A DNA stretch of 64,000 nt from contig NC_092676.1 of the NCBI RefSeq assembly GCF_964355755.1, positions 21,718,871-21,782,870 on the forward strand, written 5' to 3'. Below are positions 43,001 to 53,213 of this stretch, one piece after another. The notes beneath the pieces were generated by a model that did not search any database, had not been told where the DNA came from, and saw only the letters and a program-made list of their open reading frames with translations. Numbering within the stretch: the stretch's first letter is position 1; each line of letters starts with the position of its first letter. The position numbers and the translations under genes were made by a program. Source of the stretch: Antedon mediterranea (Eukaryota; Animalia; Echinodermata).

Positions 43001-46000
43001 TACGACAGATGTCAAACTTACTGGCCTGTAGTTTCCAACCTCCGTCTTGTCCCCTTTCTTAAAAATTGGTACTACATTTGCACATTTCCAGCACTCCGGT
43101 AACTGTCCAGTCGATAGTGATTTGTTGTATATTGACGTCAATGGAGTTGCAACAATTTCTTTAAGTTCCTTCAGTACTCTTGGATGCACGTCATCTGGTC
43201 CAGCTGATTTATTTGAGTTCATCTGCTGAAGGCATGTAAGCACTTCCTCCTTTGTCACTTCAATTGACTCCAAATGGTCATCCACGTCAACTCTTGGTGT
43301 AACTTCTGGCAATGACTCGAGGTCTTCATTCGTGAATACACTTGTGAAAAATGCGTTGAAAATTTCCGCTTTATGCTGATTGTCATCAGCCATATTACCC
43401 TTTCCATCCTTCACCAATCCAATAGATTGAGTTGTTTTGGTTTTCTCTCTTACATATTTCCAGAAACTTTTAGGATTTGTTTTTACTTCATTGCAAATTT
43501 TCCGCTCCAGTGCAATCTTTGCTGCCCTTTTTTCACCTGTTACTATATTTCTTGCCTTTTTGTAACTGTCATAATCCTTCTGTTGTCGAGACCTTGTAAA
43601 CTTTTTCCATGCATTATGTTTCATTTTAATTTTCCTCTGAACGTCACCAGTCATCCAGATAGGTTTATTTTCTTTTTTTATGTTTGACTTGGGAATACAG
43701 ATCTGAACAGCATTTCTTATTGATTTATTTAAAGCTTCACAGGCCTCTTCAACATTTGTATTTTCAAATTGGTAGTCCACCTCAGTAATCAGTTCTTTCA
43801 TTTTAATATAGTCACCCTTGTTGAAATTTAGCTTGTATTCCATTTTCTCTTGTATTTTAGTTACACAGTCATATGAAAACAAGATTGTTACGTGGTCGCT
43901 TTTTCCTAATGGTGGACCTATCTCCATTTCACTTTTGGTTTCATCCATGGTGATTACTAAGTCGAGTATGTTAGGTGTTTGACCATCTCGAAATCGTGTT
44001 GGTTGCTGTATACACTGGCATAGAAAATTATCTCTAAGGCATTCAATAAACCGATTACTTTTATGTGTTTCATTTTTATTTGTACTCCAAGAAATCCAAT
44101 CAATTTCAGGAAAATTGAAATCTCCTAACATGATGAAATCAGAAATACCATTTAGTTCACTTGCTTTGTTGATAGCAGATAGTAACGCTTGATTATTTTC
44201 GTCAATACTGTTAGGACTTCTGTAAATACATCCGCATAATAGTTGTTGCCTTTTATTTATTTCAATTTTGATCCATAGTGCTTCCACAAAATTTAAATTC
44301 AGTAATTCGTTACAGATACTGGCATTCAGCTCTTCCTTCGCAAAAATAACCACACCTCTACCACTTCTGCCAGAATCAAATTTTGTGTATCCCTTGATGC
44401 TTAACTCAACTTCCAATATGTCTGTACAAGTTTTGTTATTTACTTCAGTTATTGCAACCACATCAGGTTTCCTTTGATTTATAATATCACGTAACTCACC
44501 TATTTTATTTCTCAGGGCATCTGCGTTTGTGTAAAGAAATTTCAACGACTTCTCATGAAAATCAACAATATCATCGTTTCTTAAACTAGATTTCTTCTGC
44601 TTTAATCCTTCTATAAAAGTTTTAAATTTTTTCTTGTCCTCTGAACATTTTTTTTTTCTTATAAATTTTTGTTTCACTTTTCTTTCTAAATTAAAATAAT
44701 TTTCTTCAAAACAAAAAGATTCTATATTTGAAAATTCTTTATGATGATGAACTAGGGCCTCGAAAACGATCAAACGCCAGTTCGCTATCCCGCTTCATAA
44801 TTTTACCTCTTCTTATAACAAGATCAATCTCGCCGTTATCTTTCCTTGATCTTAGTTCCTGTCTTAACTCATAGTTCATTTGCCTCTCTTTTTTTGATCT
44901 ATCAGGATTAATATATATGTTCTTTAGAAATGCGTGATCCGTGCTTCTAAGTTTTTTTGCATTTACCATCACTTCCCTTTTACTTTTCAGGCTATCCAGA
45001 GAAACTCTTGCCATTCTACACCCGTCTTCCGTGTATTTCCCAAGCCTGATCACTTCTGTTATTTCAACTCCCTCTATCTCTAGACACTCATTGAATAATT
45101 TCTCAATAGCAACCCTGTCTTCCTTCAGTCTCTGCTGAGAACTTTGGTTATCAGATTCAGGTAGATTTTCGATCACAATATTTAATTTACGAGATTCTCT
45201 ATCTCTATATTCTTCAATGCCTTCCTGAACACTCTCTTTAATTTTCCCATCCATTAGATCGTAGCTCTCTTTTAATTCTATCAAATTATTTCTTGTGTCG
45301 ACCTGGATTTTTTCAATGACTTCAATGTTTTTATTGGTTAGTGATGCTCTAAGCGCCTGATCTTTTTGCGTTTTTTCCACAATATTTAATCTCGCATTCA
45401 TATTTTCCTGCAATTCATTTATCTCCGCAATTTTCTTCAACAAAGGTAACTGTACAAGGCATGTATCACATGACCATAAAAAATTCTTTATTTCGCTGTC
45501 GGAGAGGAGAGCATACATTTTATTTGAGAGTTTTGAACATTTCAGGCAGAAACACCTCTTACAAATGTCACAATTTACGCCCTTATCCTTTTCGCCTATG
45601 ATGGTTTTACAGATAGCACAAGCTCCCTCAACTGACTGTGGAGTTGCTTCCTGTTCAGGTTGGCTAGGCCTAGGCCTAGCATCTGCAGGCCTAAATCTAG
45701 GTTCCAGTTCCATATCCTTTCTATCCCTTGCCTTCCCTCTAGTAGTAGGCCTACCTTCAGCCATGGTTGTTAAGTTCAAGGAACACTAGGCCTAGCCCCT
45801 ACACCCTGCTTCCAGGACTCTATGCTCCTCTGTATGGATACTGTAGGCTTCACATGGGTCCAGTTGACTTACCCCGACTTAGCAAACACGCTTCCAGAAT
45901 ATCGAAAAATATATCCTTTTTGATACAAATTTCTTGGTACTAGTACTTATTATCAATTAATATATCATATCATCCACTTTGAAGAACAATTTAAATCCCG

Positions 46001-49000
46001 GTTTCAAAGATTTTAGCAGATTTAATTCATGAGGTTCAGAGCAAAATAAAACTACATGTTGCATTATCGAATAGCGCCACCACTGTTGTCAAATTGATTA
46101 ATTTAATTTCTTCTATTTCATCCGGTTCATATGTAGAAATTCAATTTGACATCAGAATTCAATTTGAGATATAACAGGAAATTAGAGAAACCCCCCCCCC
46201 CCCCCCATAAAAGAGACACTGCTATTAAGGAGACATCATGCATGCGGTTCTACAGGTACTGTAATTGAAAATATACTCCAATATGGGTATTAGTTCAGCC
46301 TTAGAAGTGCCCATAATTAAATTGATAAATACTACAAAATGGAACAAACCATTTTATAAAGGGGTATTTATTGGGGGTTATCTATATATAAATTTACGTA
46401 AGGGCAAAATGCGGTAAATCGCGCCTTACTTCTAGAATTTTTACTCGATGGTATATAAAGTTGCTTCGTACTTTCGGTACTGATTTTAACCACCTGATGT
46501 AACCCTGTTTACTAATTAAATTAAGTTAGATAATTAGTTATTGACGATTAAAACAAATTTAGGTTCAACGATTTGCCCCAAATAGGGGTGTTTTCCGATC
46601 GTGGTATACACTGTCTGATGGATGTCCATCTTGAAAAATACCCGCCACAAAAATGCGAGGAGGCTTCGCATTTTCCTATCTCCTCCTACGATAATTGTTT
46701 TTAATAGCTGAAAACCTGTTGAACAGCTAGAGTACAGCATCATAATGTTGAAGACAGGCCGATTTTCTTTAAAAAATACTATTTTGATAGATATAATATA
46801 CGATTATACAAATGTATTGATTTGCGATGAATGGAACATCCCAATCTCTCAGTCTGCCAGAGTTTGGTTTAACACAAGTAGGTAAATTTATGAGCCCTTG
46901 GTTTAACACATACGGTAGGTAAATATATGGGCCCTTTGAGAATAAACTTGCAATACTTTGAAAATACTGTAAATACCTGTTAACTATTTTTGGTCCTCAT
47001 TTAAATCGAACATTTCTTACTGTGAATGGGTGTGAATGTTCGTACTGTTAGATGTAATATAAAAATATATACAAATAAACTTTATGCCTGAGATTGTGGA
47101 TAGGCTCTACTATTAGATATATAAACACATTATTATATACAAATAAACTTTATACTGACAGTTCCTTCTCAACGTTTGTATTAATTAATAATTACCAATA
47201 ATATAAACGTCGTAGTGGTGTATCGTGACATGTTTCAATCGATTATGACAGTGACAGTTTTAACAAAGTATTAAATCGCAAATGTTTTACTGTATTTAGA
47301 GGTATATTATTTATAGGCCTATAAAACATGAAAAAAATATTTCGTTACCGAGTGGATAAAGAATTATATTTAAAAATTGTTCCTCTTTGTACCTATCCGC
47401 TTTCCCATCCCTCAACCCTAATGTTACATACAAAACACAAATTGGGTTTCTTTAAATGAGTCCAAATCAAAAATTTGGACTCATTTTGTGATAAGTTTCT
47501 TTCGGAAGTAATTCCCAGGATGCTAATTTTAGTTGACTACATAAATCATCGTGTCTATTTATTCGTTTCTGTAAACGACAATGTATTATAGTCCTACGGT
47601 ACGTACATTTGAAATCGCCAGTTTTGTTACGCTGAAATTACTGTGTATTCGAGAACCATCTGTGGACACGACCTAGATGGTACGCGAGCGAAGCGAGCGT
47701 ACCATCTAGTTACAACAATTTTGAGAAGTAATGCTTAGCTTTGAGAAAATAAAAAAAAATATTACCATGGTAAATTTTTCTTTGGGAGCGAATCGTGTTT
47801 AATTTAATCGTTTTATCAAAGAAGCAAATTGATTTTTAAGAATTTTTAAGAATATGCCTATGAGGGTAGGCGTTTACACAAAGTTACATCAATAACAATA
47901 TGGACACTTTAAACATTCAACACTTTAGGATTAATTTGAATTACAGCAAATTATTTTTTCCTGTATTTTTATAGCGTGATATAACATTGGATAGCTTCAG
48001 GCTAATATTACTGCATTTTTAAACTGTTGATTGACATGTCCGTCGATTGACTGACAATGTAGATAAAACGTGTTGCCCAAGGACACAGTTAAGTGACTAG
48101 AATGGGAGTCAAATGAAGACCTAGTTCACAGCTGAGATCACCTCCTTTTCTGCGTTAGTTAGTTATTCATTCATTTCTGATTGACATTGATCATTTTTTT
48201 GATTGATGTTTATGTTTTTGTTAGGTTAAGTGCTTTTTCAAATAATACATTTATTTTTACTCATTTCAAAATACATTGAGAAGGAGAAAAACTTATATTA
48301 CTAATTGCAGAAAAAAAGAAGTGAGAGTAAATGATAATTTTTTAGATGAAGGAAAAATTATTCTATTGCATTTACTGCAGTAATTTCTTTTTTTTTACTG
48401 TGTGTAATGTATTAGTTTAACACAACTGTAAACATGATTACCTCCCCCCCCCCCACACCACACCCAAAAGCTTGCTAAATAGTTATGTAAACAAGTTTAA
48501 AAAGTAGAAAAATAATATTAAATAGAATTAAATGGAGACAGCCACTATACTAGAATAGGTAATTACTGCAGTAACTTACAGTAAACTCATGTTAACTATA
48601 ATTATATATTTTTATTTCTAATTACAGCTTCAGTAATGATGCATCCAAAGTCTACGAATCTTACAAACTCACAAAAAGCGAGTACAAATGTGTCAGGCGT
48701 GAACGAGAGGCCTAGACCTACTGGAACGTCATCTTGTTCGAGTAACAGTGTCTCGGGATATCCAAAAGAAACTTTAAACCCGCCTCCTAGCCCTGTCACA
48801 GAACGCTCACACTTTCCTGTTGTGTATTATAACCAGCCAAGTCCCAAAACTCAACTAAAATCTTCTTATAAGTAAGTAGTGAATATGTATTTGTTTTGTA
48901 ACAATTTTACCACCTCCAACCAAATGATTATATTACAGTACATTACAGTTCTTTTACAATGAACAGCTTAAAAAAATATGTATTGGTTATTTTTGTCGTC

Positions 49001-49325
49001 ATATTTTAATAGTTAATGTTTTTGTATTTACTTTTTCAGACATTACAAAGTACGAAATATTCCACCGCCTCCGACACCGTGCAGTAGTGACATTTGTAAC
49101 GATAGCGAGACGAGTACAAACATACCAAAAAAGCGTCGTAGAGGAGGCCGATATTACAAATCTGTAGAGGTAAAATACGATCTTTCGGATCCGTTTCCGC
49201 CACCTCCAACGCCTCAGAGCTGCTTATCAGACAATCAAGAAAGTTGCCCGCCCTCACCGTCGACGGAAAGGAGCTTTTTCGATTTGTATCCTCCTCCGCC
49301 GTCACCGGCAACCGATTCAACTTAA
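10045..49325 (+). CDS. LRP6: Low-density lipoprotein receptor-related protein 5/6 (arrow), Wnt co-receptor
   Basis: 23 exons: 10045-10108 (signal peptide), 19141-19546, 21994-22397, 22663-22794, 23658-23858, 32283-32478, 32862-33118, 33624-33764, 34009-34301, 34550-34776, 35252-35436, 36195-36398, 36920-37042, 37461-37660, 38107-38300, 38705-38898, 39209-39406, 39562-39687, 40087-40209, 40768-40995, 41376-41597 (TM), 48628-48871, 49040-49325. Domains: four YWTD propeller+EGF modules, three LDLa repeats, a TM helix and five PPP(S/T)P motifs ([39 protein letters not shown]). Likely the pro-orthologue of vertebrate LRP5 and LRP6. Confidence 0.95.
11294..11472. mobile_element. PIF/Harbinger-like MITE, family A (AGCTTGGTTCCCACTAG termini)
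   Basis: Near-palindromic element with TIR agcttggttcccactag / ctagtgggaaccacgct and TAA on both sides. Related copies at 35020, 37675 and about 56450. Confidence 0.75.
13132..14834. mobile_element. Foldback-type element built from inverted arrays of an approximately 180-bp unit
   Basis: Termini are ggggtattgctaa / ttagcaatacccc. About 2 units point one way (13132-13505) and about 3 point the other (13506-14834). A nested element interrupts it. Confidence 0.7.
13736..14519. mobile_element. Tc1/mariner(pogo)-like non-autonomous element nested in the foldback element
   Basis: TIRs are ccgtatatttcggtgtataagtcgcac / gtgcgtcttatacaccgaaatatatgg. A TA TSD splits the host unit aaataagTAgttaacag, which is intact in neighbouring units. 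Confidence 0.8.
16948..18560. mobile_element. PIF/Harbinger-like non-autonomous element with a decayed Myb/SANT-like coding remnant
   Basis: TIRs are gggcctgtttctgctgcataa / ttatgcagcagaaacagaccc, flanked by TTA/TTG. Subterminal AACCGGTT motifs are repeated. Region 17280-17460 reads [18 protein letters not shown]...SNLRR*Y. Confidence 0.65.
17496..18094. mobile_element. Approximately 600-bp long-TIR MITE nested in the Harbinger-like element
   Basis: Imperfect inverted arms of about 200 bp: aaacaccaaaacggaaacaaaa...ctcagaatgttgcaa versus ttgcaacattctgag...ttttgtttccgtttggtgttt. Confidence 0.7.
18788..19095. repeat. Local direct duplication (about 130-150 bp x2) just upstream of LRP5/6 exon 2
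   Basis: ttaccttt(t)aYtgttctcaaaagtaaaga...ttcaagtgaatttttaagtctatttt occurs at about 18788-18917 and about 18945-19095. Confidence 0.75.
26990..27612. repeat. Minisatellite in the left Academ arm (units of about 36/75/83 bp containing the hairpin CCATCA-ATA-TGATGG)
   Basis: About 9 copies of tacctgccatcaatatgatggattatgatt. Confidence 0.85.
28152..28206. mobile_element. 55-bp hAT-like micro-MITE inserted in the Academ nuclease remnant
   Basis: 18-bp TIR cagtgaagagttaaatta / taatttaactcttccctg with 1 mismatch. Flanked by an 8-bp direct repeat GATATGAG (28144-28151 and 28207-28214). Confidence 0.8.
29120..29570. repeat. Inverted copy of the minisatellite in the right Academ arm
   Basis: About 6 copies of ataatccatcatattgatggcaggta. 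Confidence 0.85.
35020..35163. mobile_element. Harbinger-like MITE family A, diverged copy
   Basis: taa|agcttggttcctactag...tgggaaccaagca|taa. Confidence 0.65.
37675..37862. mobile_element. Harbinger-like MITE family A variant, 14 bp downstream of an LRP5/6 splice donor
   Basis: tta|agcgtggttcccactag...ctagtgggaaccaagct|tta. The interior differs from the 11294 copy. Confidence 0.75.
38969..39119. mobile_element. Harbinger-like MITE family B (AGCTCTGTCTACACTATCAAAC termini)
   Basis: taa|agatctgtctacgctatcaaac...gtttgatagtgtagacagaact|taa, with internal cactaccatatttgggca. Other copies at 41080, 62269 and a remnant near 16363. Confidence 0.75.
40278..40727. repeat. 20-bp minisatellite (GAGTTTTCASAATTCTCTTG)n in the intron between LDLa exons
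   Basis: About 20 tandem imperfect copies are directly visible. Confidence 0.9.
41080..41217. mobile_element. Harbinger-like MITE family B copy
   Basis: agctctgtttacactatcaaac...tttgatagtgtagacatagct. Confidence 0.7.
41729..44773 (-). CDS. LINE ORF2: APE endonuclease plus reverse transcriptase
   Basis: About 1014 uninterrupted codons. APE motifs: YTNA, ITE, IYRSP, GDFNFP, LDLV, SDH. RT motifs: [38 protein letters not shown]1-type C-terminus: [21 protein letters not shown]. Confidence 0.95.
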   Translation of the reverse strand: MIVFEALVHHHKEFSNIESFCFEENYFNLERKVKQKFIRKKKCSEDKKKFKTFIEGLKQKKSSLRNDDIVDFHEKSLKFLYTNADALRNKIGELRDIINQRKPDVVAITEVNNKTCTDILEVELSIKGYTKFDSGRSGRGVVIFAKEELNASICNELLNLNFVEALWIKIEINKRQQLLCGCIYRSPNSIDENNQALLSAINKASELNGISDFIMLGDFNFPEIDWISWSTNKNETHKSNRFIECLRDNFLCQCIQQPTRFRDGQTPNILDLVITMDETKSEMEIGPPLGKSDHVTILFSYDCVTKIQEKMEYKLNFNKGDYIKMKELITEVDYQFENTNVEEACEALNKSIRNAVQICIPKSNIKKENKPIWMTGDVQRKIKMKHNAWKKFTRSRQQKDYDSYKKARNIVTGEKRAAKIALERKICNEVKTNPKSFWKYVREKTKTTQSIGLVKDGKGNMADDNQHKAEIFNAFFTSVFTNEDLESLPEVTPRVDVDDHLESIEVTKEEVLTCLQQMNSNKSAGPDDVHPRVLKELKEIVATPLTSIYNKSLSTGQLPECWKCANVVPIFKKGDKTEVGNYRPVSLTSVVCKLLESIVRDKIIQFLNDRNLIIKAQHGFRKGRSCVTQLLEVMEEWTKLLDAGENFDAVYLDFSKAFDSIPHQRLITKLEAYGIKGNLLRWIHQFLTGRKQRVRVAAAFSEWSTVKSGVPQGSVLGPLLFIIFINDLPDAVKSKVWMFADDTKMFNVVYENRNDTVQNDLKALSDWSKRWQLKFNINKCKVIHYGNSNPQMQFTMPTEEGDEDLPNANTEKDLGVTFDQSLKFSLHTNEAVNKANRLIGLVRRSFAYMDKDMFLPLYKSIIRPHLEYASCIWYPLLKGDLDKLERVQRRATKIVKKLRDKSYDQRLKELGLPTLNYRRRRADIIQVFKIIKGLDDIEAETFFDFREDSRTRGHQFKLRKPRARLKIRSHSFSCRIVNTWNNLYHTTVQAENINAFKDQLNKDRAMGDKFCYQF
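44739..45779 (-). CDS. LINE ORF1 (PHD finger, coiled coil and L1-like RNA-binding/C-terminal region)
   Basis: CAIC...[12 protein letters not shown]...WSCDTC PHD-like motif, followed by a coiled coil, [20 protein letters not shown] and [12 protein letters not shown]. This is typical of CR1/L2 ORF1. Confidence 0.88.
   Translation of the reverse strand: MNLTTMAEGRPTTRGKARDRKDMELEPRFRPADARPRPSQPEQEATPQSVEGACAICKTIIGEKDKGVNCDICKRCFCLKCSKLSNKMYALLSDSEIKNFLWSCDTCLVQLPLLKKIAEINELQENMNARLNIVEKTQKDQALRASLTNKNIEVIEKIQVDTRNNLIELKESYDLMDGKIKESVQEGIEEYRDRESRKLNIVIENLPESDNQSSQQRLKEDRVAIEKLFNECLEIEGVEITEVIRLGKYTEDGCRMARVSLDSLKSKREVMVNAKKLRSTDHAFLKNIYINPDRSKKERQMNYELRQELRSRKDNGEIDLVIRRGKIMKRDSELAFDRFRGPSSSS
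47673..47709. mobile_element. GC-rich hairpin ending in CTAG|T, resembling a Helitron/Helentron 3' terminus
   Basis: Perfect 13-bp stem ctagatggtacgc / gcgtaccatctag with loop gagcgaagcga. The 5' end of the element was not identified. Confidence 0.45.
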
Positions 49326-51944
49326 GAGGTGTTGTTGTTGAGAGAGAATTATTTTGTAATATTATAATTAAGAAAAGAAGATATTTTTGTATAAAAGGAT
49401 TGGGTCTAAGGGTTGTTGTATATTATGTATAGATACTATGTGAATATTGTACAGTTATTTAGTCGTTTTATATTGATAATGATAATTAAAATAGTAAAAG
49501 GAATCAATTTTGTTTTAAAAGAAGAGCCGGGCTAAGATAAAATTGTCACAATCAAAAGTATATGCTACTTAAAGTGATATTACAAATATTGATAACAAAG
49601 CATAAAATAAATGGTACACAAGTTGCAATATAACGCTGTTTTAAATAAAATATATAGTGTAACTGCCATCAAGATTTTAATCTTAATTCTATACAATAAA
49701 TTGACATTTATTTTCTGAATATTACCAAAAAGACAAACTACAAAATACAAGTAAACATTTTTAAATTTATATTTGATACGGATTCAAGACTTTGTATGTA
49801 TGTATTCACTCAAATATTTACTATTAAAAAAAATCACAGTACAGTATTAATATTTATAAAATACAGTATATGGTAACAATTCCAATTTTATATCAATTTT
49901 ATATAACAAATGAATTTAACAATTTGTCTTGTGTCTTTTTCAAAAGGAACTATTTCAACAAAACAAAGCAGTCTTTAGGTCAAAGGTTATTATAGTCATT
50001 ATATAAATGAATAGATAGAAGCTTTATACAGCATTTTGGTACTGTATAACGAATTCCAATCCTATTGTGTTAAAATAATGAAAGATTTAAGAATGCGGAA
50101 GACTGAGTTTAATTTAAACTCACCGTGAGAGAGTGGGTTTAGTTTTAAAGTTGAACTATAAATTGATCAGTTAATTTATGCGTTTTGTATGCATTTATTG
50201 AAATATTTATTTTATGATCGTTTTTTAAATCATACACTTTTAGTTATGGTTCTGAGATGTTGTATTTTAGATAACAAAATGTATTCACAGGTATGACGAT
50301 AATTATAACAGTTATTACATAATTTATTTCTTCCAAAACAAAGTTCCAAGCATGATTTTAAAATTTCTGTATTTATTGGTACAGTAGTAGAATTGTATTT
50401 ATTTATTGTATTTAGCGTTGAACATATCTACCACTAGTAAATGTTTATATTATAAGTGCCTCAAACCATAGAGATTATTATAAATATCTCTATGCTCAAA
50501 CTAAAATGTTGAATTGATGAAATTTTTTACAGTGTTTTTCATCTGTACGAGATTATGTATTTAGATTTTATGAATAATAATTCTTGGTCTTCCTAGTTAA
50601 ATCTAACAACATAATTATGTCCAAGTATAAATGCCTAAAAGATTCAAATAAATTTGTATCTTCCTTCATTTTGTAACATTAATATAAAATTCTATTGAAT
50701 ACTTGTTTATATTATTTTAAATCTATATATTATGACATAATAAAATTTAAACCTTTTTATAATTTTCTTTGTCCGGTGAATAAAAATGCATTGGTCATGC
50801 AATTTTTAAAATACTCTGTTTTTAAAGTTTCATTAAGGCTAGTGGTTTTACTGGAAATAATGGGGTCGCTAAATGATAACAAAATCAATGATAACAAAAT
50901 CAAAGATTGCCACATGGATCTTCTTCTGTCCGCAACATTTTTATTCCTTGATATCTCAGGCAGGAATTATAATTCTTAAGATAAACTATAGGACATTATA
51001 AGAGCATGAACATGGATAATAGGTTGTATCAACGGTTTCAGCAGGCCAACTTGTTGTATTGTGTAATTGTCTGGACTTAGCCCTGGATTCGAATCCCATC
51101 AAATGGCAAGAAATCAAAATTGTTTCTCAATCCTGAGCTGTATTGCATCATAATTAGTCATCTACCTCACCACACATCTCAATGTTGAACAAGAGATACG
51201 TCTTATCAAACACACATCATTACAGTTGGTCTTTATTTCACAACTCAAGTTTACAATACACACGCAATAAATACATCTACAAAATATTGCTAATCGTATT
51301 ACAATGAAGTACAAATAATGTAAATCGTCATTCCGTTACTGGAAATATGGTCAACTCAGACAACTAGATTTCTTCACTCCACTTCTAATACCTTGGACAG
51401 CTCTGTGATATAGGTCACATGTTCAATACAACTGCATCATGAGGTATAATTATAAGTTTTGTCATATCACTTGTTACACTGTATTTAGGAATTTGACTAT
51501 GGCAAAATACAAACTATATTTTCCTAGCACTCACGAGAATTTCTTAGGTCTATAATATTGTTCTTGTTTGGTCATTGTGTACAATTGTCTGAGGACAAGC
51601 TTCCCAATGTACTTAACTACGGTAAACTATAGAATCTTAGAAAATATAACATGTAAAAATAATTTCATAAAATTAATATAATTCATGATCAAATCAATGT
51701 TTTAAATTATTACTCTAATAATCTGAAACATAATATATCTACAATGGATATTTATTGATTTCAGTACTACAACACTAACATTTTACTTTACAGTACATTA
51801 TTCTGTGAATAAAACAATATATACATATTCAAGCATTGCACCATAAATAGCTCCCTCAATTAATATTGGTAACGGCATATTGGGATAAAGCTTTTCAGTA
51901 GCATCACCCTATAACAAAGGCAAATAATTACACAATGCACTAAC

Positions 51945-52385
51945 AGCTGATGTGAAATAGCATGACAGATATCGCAACTTGATAGAAGTCACAATTTGAC
52001 ACGAATGACATTATGAATGAAATCAGTGACAGAAGTCACAATTATGATAGAAGTCACACATATGACACAAGTCATAATATGAATGAAATCGCATGACAGA
52101 AAAGTTACAATTTGACAGAAATCACAATATGATACAGAAGTCACATGAAAAAGGTCACAACATGACAGAGGTCACAACATGACAGAAGTCACAATTTGAC
52201 ACGAATGACATTATGAATGAAATCAGTGACAGAAGTCACAATTATGATAGAAGTCACACATATGACACAAGTCATAATATGAATGAAATCGCAGTGACAT
52301 AAGTCACAAACTGACAGAAGTCACATTAAAAGTCACAACATGACATAAGTCACAATATGACAACATTTACAATTTGACAAGAAAC
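51945..52385. repeat. Degenerate minisatellite (TGACAGAAGTCACAA-like units) with an internal duplication of about 110 bp
   Basis: Repeated tgacaNaagtcaca. The block agaagtcacaatttgacacgaatgac...gaatgaaatcgca occurs near 51984 and near 52183. Confidence 0.8.
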
Positions 52386-52516
52386 ATGAAAACCAACAAT
52401 TTGTTCAGCATGCACTAAACAATAAAGTAGCAATTATGAAAAGCTAGAGAGTTCCTTTTCTATAAAATAAATGTACCAACAATCTTAGATCCATACCAAA
52501 TTACAAATGCAATAAC

Positions 52517-52895
52517 AGCTCGAGTGAGTGGCCGAGCGGTTAAGACAGTGGAACCGTAATTACGTAGCCATAACATCGGCAAGGGTTCGAGGCTCACTCG
52601 CTCCATGGTTCTGGTGGTAGAACGAGTCTTCTCGGATAAGGACTACAAACCATAGGTCCAGTGTACACATAGCTCATGCGCACTTTAAAGAACCTAGTAC
52701 ATCTTTCGAGACGAGTAGGGGGTACCCCGGTGTACTAGTCCACACAAACACAGCCACTGTCACACACAGCCACTGTGCAAATTGGGACTGGACCGTGTTA
52801 GAGGTGTTTACCACCTGTTGGTCCAGATCCCTCACTAACTGAGTTAGTGAGAAGTCGAATAAATAAAAAAAAATAAAAATAAAAAAATAAAAACA
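52517..52895 (+). mobile_element. tRNA-derived SINE with a Deu/Nin-like central domain
   Basis: A box gtggccgagcgg and B box ggttcgaggc. The central segment tcggataaggact..aaacc..aggtcc...taaagaacc...gagtagggggtaccccggtgt resembles the DeuSINE domain. A-rich tail at 52858-52895. Confidence 0.8.
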
Positions 52896-53213
52896 AACTG
52901 TATCAGATAACAGTGGCCATATTTACCATTCATACCCATTCTAAAGGTAAACACCCTTAGAACATGCTTAGAATTTAAAAAAAGAATATTTAAAATATTT
53001 ATTTAAGCAAATTTAAATTGTGAAAATACAACTACTGATTGTTGACACAAATTTTGTCGTTCTTCCTTCAATCCAATAGACCAGTAAAATGGTTGGAATG
53101 GTTATCTGATGTCTGTCTAACATTGCATGCATGGAACACCACATTTTGTTACAAATACAGTCAAAGTTGATTTCACTAGCATTTTTATGTTAACAGAAAA
53201 TGTTAATAGCAGT

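Larger units (their letters stand above)
41647..46083 (-). mobile_element. Apparently full-length CR1-group LINE, antisense in LRP5/6 intron 21
   Basis: It has a 5' UTR of about 300 bp, intact ORF1 and ORF2, and a short 3' UTR ending in a tandem (AAGATTCAAGT)n tail at 41647-41671. The 5' boundary is approximate. Confidence 0.9.

Noticed and set aside
52517-52605. tRNA gene
   Set aside because: A and B boxes are present, but I see no convincing cloverleaf and the sequence continues into a SINE body with an A-rich tail.
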